Shown one piece after another: positions 11,881 through 22,377 of a DNA stretch of 64,000 bases. A model generated the notes under the pieces. That model worked only from the letters and a program-made list of their open reading frames with translations. It was not told the DNA's origin and did no database searches. This stretch comes from Orbicella franksi (taxonomy: Eukaryota): contig OZ116699.1 in the NCBI GenBank assembly GCA_964199315.1, forward strand, positions 992,001 through 1,056,000. Reading direction: 5' to 3'. How positions within the stretch are numbered: the stretch's first letter is position 1; each line of letters begins with the position of its first letter. Position numbers and translations under genes: made by a program.

Positions 11881-14003
11881 TTTATTTATGTCGCTAATTT
11901 TTGTGTTAAAAATCTTCCCTCCCGCCTAACTTGTTCGGTTTTAAATCTTGCACCAAATTAACTAAAACTCCTTTAATTTTATCAAATAAAAACTAGAGCG
12001 TTTCTATTTTTCTGTCACTTCTAATTAAATTTAAAACGTTTAAAAACGAAAACCGAAGGACTGAGAAAGGTTGCAAACGAAACGTTTTTATTATTTTTTT
12101 TACAGACAAGGGCAAAATGAAATTTTTCTCGACAAGTATTTACACTGAATGAAGGAAACCAGAGCGATATCCTTCTTGATGTTAATGGCATTAAAATTGC
12201 TTATGCAGCTGATCTCTGACATAAACGTCATCTACGAGACAATTAAAACAATGAAGGTAATGTAAATAAAAACGAAAAACTAGCAAAATGTTTGTTTTTA
12301 CATAAAGCCCAACGATAGGCGTGAGGAACAGTTTATTATAAATGAAAAAGGCTCGTTTTCGAACGAATATTTTGTTCTTCTCCAGTTATCACATTCTGCA
12401 AGTTCAAAGGCTGATTTGTAAAGACTTTGCTCAAAGAGCCAGGAACTGCCATAATTCCAGGTTCGTAGGAGAACTAGTTTCCGAAAAGTGAGTATTAATT
12501 ACATGGTTTTTATTCTCAAATCAAAAAGAAAAAAGTGACCGTTTAGGTAAACTTGGTAAAATTAATAAGCGCTGTATTTTAATATCAGTAGTGCAAGCTA
12601 CAGAAGATAAGGTCGATATACCAGAAAATAGTTCCCGCTCAGAATAAAAACAAAACCCGTATTGAGCGATGTGAGAATTTTAGAGACTCTGTATCGAGGC
12701 TATAAATATACGTCTGAAACTGCCTCAGCCGACGTTACTAGAATCAGGAGCAATATAGAATAAATAAATCAGAATAAAATGGAAACACTCATTTTATGGA
12801 CAGAGTCCAACAGAGTCGCATGAAACAGATCACCTGGACTCAGTAAAGTAAGTTGCCTGTATTAATGATACAAGAAAAGTTCAATCATATAATCCTAAAT
12901 AAATGGTGAATGTTCTTTTTCTTGCCCACTGTATATAGAAAATTTATCACCTCGATAAATAAATTTATGCTGCTTGATTCCCTCAGACTAATCCCAGTTC
13001 CCGGCCGAGGGGTTTTCCGGTAATCCAGGACTTTTAATTCACTCGTATTTAAACAAGGGAAGCGCTGGCAGAGGCCTCTTTTGCTTCAAGCGCTCGACGA
13101 GAGAACAAGCCTCTCAGTTTCAGCTACGCTGAAGTCGCTCGTCCGCCCCGGACCAACAAACCAACATTTCTTTGTGAAGTCTTAACAATACCCTGCAAAC
13201 CAAGCTCAGCCAATACTGTGCCCGCCTTACATCAAAGATATATCCAGCTTAACGGATCAGATAGCGTAAGTACGTTTACAAACAGCTTCAATCTGTCATC
13301 TGCATATGCACAGATATTATTGCACTGCATCTATGCAAGCTTAGGTTGCTGTAGGATTCATCTACTTCCACCCTGCGCGATATGCAGTCCAGCGTTGGAA
13401 GTTAGCTCTCGGCCGCTCACCTATGCGAGTGTTAAAAGCATCGGGCGAGTATAAATCTTGGATCATTCACCCGTTTGCCGAGTACGATCATTTTTGAGAA
13501 ATTATTCAAGCTTAAATATCTTTCGCGATGCCCAAATAATTTGGGAATAATACACAACTTAGTGTTTCATATAATAGACAAAATGAAATGCGACTTCCTC
13601 GCAGTGATAACTTACAACACAGTACATGTGTATGAAGTGATACTGTTGGTCTGAAGTTGAACTGACAATAATTAGTGCATGATATCTTAAGATCGTGCCG
13701 ACAACTTGTTTACTCCAGTGTCTCGATTCCTGGGATAAATGCGAATTCAGCAGTGCCAGCTGTTCGTTTAACCATTTTCAGTCAAAACTACGGAAATGTG
13801 AAAATATTTTCAAAGATTGTCAAACGTTTATGATGAAAACGAGGATAAAAGAGTAAAATTGGTCCGCGATCACATAAATAGAACAACAAAGCTCGACACG
13901 AATCGAATTAGCACACTGGGCGTCCCAGATACTAAAAAAACGTATGGTTTGTGAATCATTGGGTAAATTCTTTTTTGGGGGGGAGGGGAGGGATCTTTCT
14001 AGG

Positions 14004-14047
14004 CATAGTTGGTAGAGTCCTTTCTAGAGTCCCCTCTACCAACTATG
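14004..14047. repeat. Short palindromic MITE remnant
   Basis: 14-bp perfect arms CATAGTTGGTAGAG / CTCTACCAACTATG around a 16-nt spacer. Confidence 0.7.
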
Positions 14048-15050
14048 TTCTGGGTGAGTGAAAATTACACTGAGCGAATTCATTTTGAGGGTCACTCACC
14101 CGAATGGCTAGTGCTGTAGAAATTTAATCCCCAACACTACAGTTCTGTGGGATTTACTAACTGTTTCAGTTTTCTTTGCTGCACTGGAGAGTGGGAATTG
14201 CTGCATGTCATATAAACTTTATCAAATTTGTAGGCTAGCTTATATCCCCACCAAAATTCAAACCTTAGTTTGCCATATGTTGCTTTAAATTATCTCTTAT
14301 GTTTACACTCCAATATTCAATTTCTACAATTCAACATTGCTCATTCACAATTTTATTTGCGTCTTCTGAGTTCAATGGTTCCTTAAATTTGTTTCATTTT
14401 TTAGATGGCAGCAGTCTAACGCGTGCTCGTATTCATCCGTGTTTCACGATCTCATTGGCTTTCCCTTTCATATGAAATTCCTTTTTTTCTCTTTTTTTTT
14501 TTGGTCACGCAAAACGTGTTCTTTTTCATAAAATAAAAGCCTTGCAGCAGGAGGCATTTTGGACGGCTCGCAAATGACATAACTTGGAGCGCGAACATTA
14601 TCTGTATGTTTGTTTTGTTTTGTTTGCTTATGGTATCAAATTCAAGGCAAATTCTTGTACAAATATTTTTTTAAAATCTGCGCCAGTTTATTTTCCTGTG
14701 TTAGCCATGTACGTCGTAATACATTCGATCACGTGTGACATTTGGGGAGATTATGTTTTGTTTGGTGTTAGCGACCACTAGAATATTATGGTACTTTACA
14801 ATTAAGAGACGAGGAGCTGGCGCGTCCCAAAGGGGGGACTACCAGATGAAAAAATTCATTCACTCAAGTTGAAAAATGATCACAAGCAATTATTTCTATT
14901 GTTTTTAAAATCTTTGAAAGTATCACTTTGTGTTTTGTTAGGATATTGTAATCTTTTAAAGGTTAACACGAGATGTTCTGGTACATTGTAAGAGTAATCC
15001 TCTTCACTTTGCTATGGAAGTTTCCAAGTGGTCTTATAGCTCTTATATAG

Positions 15051-16136
15051 TCAAGGATTGTTTAGGATAACAAACGCTCTCAGTTGAATCCTATCCCCGG
15101 GTGGGTTAGGATTCATAGTATCACCTTTACCACAAAATGGCTTCTTTAAGAAGATGCGGAAATCCTTCATCTGTACCACGTATATGATAAAATTAAGGGC
15201 GCCGTTTGAATAAAGCAGCCCACCGCTAAGACACCTTGTTATGAAATCTGTTTTAAAATCAAGAGAAGGCTTAGCTAACATTACATAGGTTGCATAATAA
15301 AGTAACGCGGAATATGGAATGATGAAAGCAAACGTCATAGCGATAAGAAGATACGTCCCACGGAGTTTAGTAGCTTTTAAGTTAGCCCTGATGGCGTTGT
15401 TCTTCTGAATATCTATACTTCTTTTTTGTCTTGACCATAAGGTCTTCGCAACGGAGATATTAATATAACTTAAAATAATACCAGGTATAAGATGCTGTAC
15501 TGAGGCATAACATACGGTTATTATTCTGAAAGTTAAATATCTGTTATCATATTTACAAATTATTGTAAAATGTGTATTGTTAAGATCGTATCTTATTCCA
15601 TTGAACGTTGCAGTTGGTCCTAAAACCACAACAAAACCTGCAAACCATGCAGTAAAAACTAGCTTGCGAACAGTAGAGACTCTGAAGGTGCGGGGCGCGG
15701 CACGAGTGGCTAAATACCTCTCCACGCTTATTACCATTAAATTATTCATTGTTATAGAAGGGAACAGTATGCCGAGAAATCGAACAATTTTACATTCCCA
15801 GCCATACTGAAACACATCGACCATAATCTGAATACAAACTAAAGGAAGTGCAATTATATTAGTAAGTATATCTGAAAGAGCTAAGCTCTTAATGTAAAAG
15901 TTGAAATTTCGTACAAATGGCGTGGACTGGATATGCGACACGCCGTTTTTCTTTAACGATATAAAGCAATACATTAGAATGTTGCCTACAAATCCTATTG
16001 CCCCTACAGACGCAAAAACTAAGACAAGAGCGAGTTTAGTGGCGAAGCCTGATGGTGTGAAGACGTAGACTTGACTTGTTACTTCTGTGGCGTTAAGGAG
16101 AGCAGACTGTTTATTGACAGAGAAGTTGGACATCAT
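15051..16136 (-). CDS. Class A (rhodopsin-like) orphan GPCR, probably peptide-receptor-like; 361 aa, single coding exon
   Basis: Seven hydrophobic segments. TM1 GN (GFVGN), TM2 LALSD, TM3 Cys (ECKIV) with ECL2 Cys (IICKY), SVERY for DRY, TM4 Trp (FTAW), TM5 Pro, TM7 NFIIY, and N-terminal N-glycosylation sequons. Confidence 0.95.
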   Translation of the reverse strand: MMSNFSVNKQSALLNATEVTSQVYVFTPSGFATKLALVLVFASVGAIGFVGNILMYCFISLKKNGVSHIQSTPFVRNFNFYIKSLALSDILTNIIALPLVCIQIMVDVFQYGWECKIVRFLGILFPSITMNNLMVISVERYLATRAAPRTFRVSTVRKLVFTAWFAGFVVVLGPTATFNGIRYDLNNTHFTIICKYDNRYLTFRIITVCYASVQHLIPGIILSYINISVAKTLWSRQKRSIDIQKNNAIRANLKATKLRGTYLLIAMTFAFIIPYSALLYYATYVMLAKPSLDFKTDFITRCLSGGLLYSNGALNFIIYVVQMKDFRIFLKKPFCGKGDTMNPNPPGDRIQLRAFVILNNP

Positions 16137-16433
16137 CTGCGATCCTTCCTAGTTGACCGTCTAAGGAGATAAACTATACCTGCTATAAAAAGCAACAAAA
16201 CAGCCTCAGCACCGCGACAACATCAATAACAAACCAACCAGTAGAACGGCATAACTAGTAAATAGTTACACTGCAAAAATAACACGGAAGTAAACTTAAT
16301 TAGTGATGAAGCCCTATTATCTGCTGTCTATGCTCACTTTAACCCGGTTTCGCTTTGTACTGATTGAATATTCAAAGATATACATTAAAATTATAAGTGC
16401 TAGTTTTGACAAACTTAAGAATGTGTCCATGAG

Positions 16434-16820
16434 AGAACCAGGCAGTTGGTGATGATACAGCTCAAATCATCGAGTTTGCTCAAACTTGGCACAAAAGTAG
16501 GGTTTGGTGAGTGAATTAGTAAAAGTAGTATAAGAAAGGCCTTGAGCTTTGCGCTTTGAGTCTGATCTACTTGTAGAACGTGATCCAGTACATGTCATTT
16601 TCACATGGCCTTTCTTGTTGTAGAAATACTAGACAAATGACAGCTAGTTAAATATGCATAAATAGGAGTCAAATGGCTATTTTTGCGGCGAGTACCCCCA
16701 ACTTGGAGGCAATAAAATATTTTGACCTACATTTGCCATAATCATTCACTCACCAAACGTAACATTTGTGCCAAGTTTGTGCGAAATCGGTGATTTGAGC
16801 CGTATCACCTGCCCGGTTCT
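16434..16820. mobile_element. MITE with ~85-bp imperfect terminal inverted repeats
   Basis: Left arm AGAACCAGGCAG..GATACAGCTCAAATCATCGAGTTTGCTCAAACTTGGCACAAA..TTTGGTGAGTGAAT matches the reverse complement of ~16740-16820. Confidence 0.85.
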
Positions 16821-17224
16821 GCCTTGTTTTCTCATAGGCTTTATCCTTCAAGTGCTGATATTTCCGAAAAGTACCCAATAAAATCCTACCGATGCCTATT
16901 TTTTGACCTTGTTTAGACCATGCAGATTATCGAAAGCTCATAGGAACGTCCAAACCAACATTCTATTCGACGACGGACGACGGGGCACGCATTTTAACAT
17001 TTCATCTGAGAAATGGGAAGAAAGATTTTGGGATAATAGACAGCACGTCAGGTCTTTCGTATTTTGGGAGTGTTGTTCTGTTTGCACTTTTTCCAGGCCA
17101 TTTGGCCACACAAAAACTACCAATCACAATCAAGAATTCTCGATCCGCCGAACGAGTATATAATACCAAAAAAATATGCCAGGTGCGGAGTGTTACCGAG
17201 CATTGGTCTCTACCACTCCATGTT

Positions 17225-17274
17225 ATCGGCAACTGATGAGATCCAGAAGGATCGAAACCGCGGTCTTGCCTGAT
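17225..17274 (+). ncRNA. Minimal type I hammerhead ribozyme
   Basis: Stem I GGCAA (17228-32) / TTGCC (17266-70), extended by ATC/GAT. Core CTGATGA (17233-39). Stem II GATCC-AGAA-GGATC. GAAA (17254-57). Stem III AC-CGCG-GT. Cleavage triplet GTC, with the predicted cut after C17265. Confidence 0.9.
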
Positions 17275-20074
17275 CTACAAGGCTACGAGCCTCCTAACAA
17301 AAGAGGGACTATTAACAGTCTCCAGAAAACCTGACAACATCGCAACTAAAAGCAATGACAACCACAACGTGGAGCTGGATGAACAATCATAGGAAGAACT
17401 CCTAAATTCAGAGCTTTTGCCTGAACAAAACCACACAACATCATAAGCAACACGCAAAACGGTCCACAGACTTGCGCGTGAACACCTACTTTTGCAGTTC
17501 CAGAACGAACAAACTGGAAGGACAAAAAGCTCGATGAAATTGATGCAAGAAGCATAAGAACGTCTCTTTAAGACAGACTCATAGCTTTCAACAAGGAAAG
17601 CGACAGCTATCTCTGGCGAAGCCAGACAAAGATAAATATGACACCCGTGATAACAAGCAGCATAACTTGCAACAGTCAATCAAACAGCCGGGCCCGGCGT
17701 AATAATACAAAATGCAAGTAACCAACATGCTCACGGAATATTTCAAACTTTGTCCCTCCAGAGCTAATATTTAGAGAGCTTAAAACATATCTTGCAATCA
17801 AATGAGCCAAAAAAAAAAAAAAAAAAATAGCACGTGGCCAAAAACAGAGGTGTCAAACTCAACAAATTACACGCCGATAACAGCGGAAACCACGCAGACT
17901 TATGACCTCTGACGGCTCTACTCTGGTGAAATGTCCTCCTAAAAACAGGATTATTGCTTAGCGAAATATTCAAAGATCACCCTATCGTACAATACAAAAG
18001 GGGCAGATCCTCAAAGATATACTAGTTCGAGCAAAACTCTCAAAGCGGCTATTACACGTGGATAGGAGTTGTGCAGGCCTGTCAATCCATTGTTATCACT
18101 GTCAAATTTCATTACAACAAGAGTAAATGCTGCTAGGAAAAGTCTAGTTCAACGAAGTAAAAATTCGTTTCTCCGACCGGCCCAGGCTAGGTCATCTCGT
18201 CTTATTCTTTTAGACACGCTCTGTAGCACTTTTCTCACTATACCAACTTATCATAAATACCTGATGTTCTCAAACGAACAGTGATGTTCAACACGCTTTT
18301 TGTCGGGTTTAGCATACAATATACTCAGTAGAAATCAATAGCGTTTTAAAGATTTTCTCGGGATAATCCGTTTATTGCTGTATATTTATTGCGTTTGTCA
18401 GTAACACACAGCGAACTAATCGAAATGTTTCGAGACCCAGTCGCCAGAAAGGATTGAAACATTGTGGCCTACTGCAATGTTCAAACTTTTAACTCATTGT
18501 AATTAACATTCGAATCAAATTTGAGTCAAACTGATTGGTGATTTGTGCAATAGCATTCTCTACCTGCTACTCTGGCGGACACGGCTAATGACTCTAACTT
18601 AGGCCTTTTCATAAGTATCACGTAAAATCGGTTAAATATCTTTCCGAAAATTCTCCAAAAAAAATGCTAAATATCACGAAACAATTTCTTAAAATCTCAA
18701 AAAACCCTCAAAATATTTCTTATCTTTGTTTCCTGAAAATGAGTAGAGGAAGACAATTCGAAGATTCAGGCGCCCTGATGTTACCAGGTTGTGCCACTTC
18801 CAAGCAATATATGAATACCAAAGAAAAACTCTTTCATTTAGGACAACCTTTGTTCACTTAAGTAATAACGATAAAATAAGATTTTTTCATGTTCGATCTC
18901 AGCAAAAAATCGACTCTTTCTGTAAATGCATTTGCGGTTCTCTTAAAAAATGCCAATCCAAAGCTCTTAACAGCAACGCTTGTTTTATTTCCATTGCAAA
19001 TATATAGCAGAGTTTCAAGAGAAAATTATAGTAATATTAAGCCAGATGGATTGTTTTCGTCGTGAAAATATCATCGATTAAACTAACGTAAGTTTATTCC
19101 TAGGAAGAGCAACAAATGAGTGTTTCTACCTTGGTATCGAAGAACTGTGTTTTCTACCACCGAATTGTTACGTTGTTCCCGTTGAATAGTGCATGCAAAC
19201 CTGAAAACTGTATCAGTTTGATAAATTTTACTGAGAATGATTGCAAAGGCAATATTTGCTTTATTCAATGTCTCAGCAAAACGGTTTAAGTTTTAAATTT
19301 TCAATATCAAAAATATCGCGGGGCGCTAAAGAATATTCTCACCACGAGCATGATTATTCTCAAGCACGGAATTTACCTTCTTTTCCTGTCGTGAAGTAGT
19401 TATGACGGGAACGCTTGTTACCCAGGCTGGATAACCTCATTGTTTGTTCCGTTCTCAGCATCATGTTGTCCAGTTTCCGATGGGTAGCATTTCGCACAGT
19501 TTCCTAACTAGCAGTTTTTTTTTTCCGAACCGGGGACGAAATTCCTTTTCAAGTGAAAAGGAGCTAAATACATCAATTGGCGAAAAGGTACGCTGATGCC
19601 TCATTAATATTGTCGTGGTCGAAGACTGGGCTCACTTTACGAGTAACTAACTTAGGAACTTTGCAGAAAATGAAATTGTACGACGGCCCCGAGGGTAAAG
19701 ATGTCACTTTTTCGGCATCATACACTGTATTAAAGAATAAAAGTGATACCTCGTAATACAGTAATATAGGATAAAGGAAATTGAAACTGAAGTTGTCGGA
19801 TGCTGGGCAACATACTGTGCAGTCATTGAAACAAGATATCGACCCCATTCAATAATTCGTGGAGAAAACTTTCATTAAGAAGATTTCATTAAGGAGATTA
19901 ATTTATTCACAATTGATAAACAACGGGAGGAATGTTTCAATGTCTTACACTTCCTTGTTTGAATATGTCAACATTTTAACCACGGATGCTCCACGTGATG
20001 TAAAGAGAAATGGAATATAGAAAACGTCTTCATTATGTCCATAAGTGTCTGATCACATATCATGGACTGCAGGC

Positions 20075-20175
20075 TACCGTAGAATTCCGAAAGTAACGGC
20101 CCCCGAAAGTAGCAACCCCTTTTGCCTGCTAAATCCGAAAGTAACGGGGGCCGTTACTTTCGGAATTCTACGGTA
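20075..20175. mobile_element. 101-bp MITE (TA-flanked, Tc1/mariner/pogo-like)
   Basis: Perfect 31-bp inverted ends (including the flanking TA) TACCGTAGAATTCCGAAAGTAACGGCCCCCG, with internal repeats of CCGAAAGTA. Confidence 0.9.
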
Positions 20176-22377
20176 TCAAAATTTATTATTATATGTTATA
20201 TAAAATATGCAATATGTTATATTCAACACCTGTTGAAAAGACATTCCACTCTGTTTTTAGTGATTAAAAATTCTTAACTTATATATTAAACACGAGAGAC
20301 CGTATTTTACCACACATCCAAACACCGAGAAGAGAATTGAAGATATGATGCGCAGCGGAGTGCTTTTGATGAACTTTGAGATGCTTGGAAATTTGATCAA
20401 ACACGTGTGTGGTCCTAAGTGTTTGATAAATCCTCGAAATCAAGACTAAAACAAAGTAGGAGATGGAGAATTAAAATCTTTAAAATGTATGCTATGATCG
20501 ATGTAAATCTTTGCTTAAACTTGATGAATTATTAATGAGTTTGAGAAGCATGTCATCTTGACTTGAAATTGTTTTCGCTACCTTTCGAACGATCTAGTTC
20601 ATTCTTACTCAGTTTGATCCTCCTCTCGGTACTCGCGATCGACGATGCGTGAGAGAATTAACCGTCGCAAGACACCAATAGAGAAAGAAATTTATCAAAG
20701 AGAAGCTGGGATTTGCTAAAATAAAATTATAAACATCAATAAATTGTTCAGAGATCCACAAAACTGGAAGAGGAAGACTTACTAAAAGGTAATAACTCGA
20801 TTCTAGCTTGTCAGTTTACGCAATGAGATTCTTACGCCAAGAAATAATGCAGCTTTTATATGTTTAGAAATCCTTTAACCCGTCCTTTATGATTTGTTTT
20901 TGTTTGGCCCTCAAAAAAGGTAAAGCAATACTTTCTCTCGAAAGGTGCTTGACGAAATCTTTTTGAAATGCGATCTATTCAACATTTCCCATTTCAAACT
21001 CGGCATTTTGAGTTTCCTCACTTAATTCACGTCCATCAAGACGAAATCTCCAAGCGGAATTCTAAATCCTTTTCAACGGTCTTTTTTTTAATCAGAGTGG
21101 ACTAAGCAAAGAGTATATTGGCTTCTCAGCTAGTTCTTATTTGCATGTTCTAGATACATGATGTTTTCCCTTTAAAATTTTTACTTAGGTTAAAGAGAAT
21201 AGGACTGAAGAGGTTTTTAAGAAAACCCTTCAGAACCTCTCTACTATTCTATATCTCTGATAAATTTAGCATAAGATATTATGTGGCCGGTCACTTTGCC
21301 ATGCCATTTGGTTGAAATTGTGTCAGAAATGGAATTGAAGGTTTTTCAGTTGTACTCTTAGAATCTTGGAAAATTGAGATAAAGTAAACACTTTAGAATT
21401 CGTAGACTAACAAAGAATGCATTTACATAACAAAACACCCGCGGAGTTTAATTTTTGTCCTCTACGAACCTAAAGGTGGTAGGATGAGCTTTTAATACAT
21501 AAAATGACGAAGAAAGTCACCAGGTACTCTCATTTAGGACACGGGATATAACATGGAGACACTAAACAAGAAAATAATCTTAAAAGGACGATTGTTCTCT
21601 AGGTTTTGTGTACCTTCCCACTTGTCTTAAAATTAAAAATGTAATTTTTCCCTATAGGTGTCATCTGCATGTAGGCAACAATCTTAAAAGAGATCTCTAT
21701 CTATTGAGGTGTCCCATGTTGGTTATAATTAAACTTTTACTCATTTCTGTACTATCGCAAAGCTTTCACCGCGTGAGAGATCAAGCTCATCTTTGCCTGA
21801 GAATAACTTCAAGAAACACTGTCAACATTTCGTTCAATTTTAGCTAATGAGCGGTGACAGTTGTTTTTCAGCTTGGCTTTTGTTTATACAAGTACCTTAA
21901 ACACCTGCATGACAGCAAACTGAATTTATATCACACCAAATTTGTTTCCAGTTGAGGTTATCGTCATTTTCTCTTAATCCATTCAACAGAAATTCAAGAC
22001 AACGGAACGTTCAAAGGAAGTCTTTTGTAATATGCCGCAAAAAATGTACGTCTTAGAACTCGGTTTACTGTGCAAGTAGAGCAGAATCCCGCTGGTAGGT
22101 ATATTCATCATTTTTTTAAAAGATATCTGATTTATTGCGGTTGTCTTTCTGGCAAAGTTTATAAATGATACCACCGAAGTGACAAATCATAATGCTCCCT
22201 AACAGACAAGTATTTTACGCCACGAAAACCAAATAAATTTCAATAGGGAAGTTCTCTTAGTTTGCTATTCTGTTTATATGTTTTAATTTCTCGTATAGGA
22301 TTAATATGGTGAAATAATTCCACTGCCCGAAGTTAGATGTACCTGGTGACTTAGGCGGTCTCTGCAAGCACAAAGAA

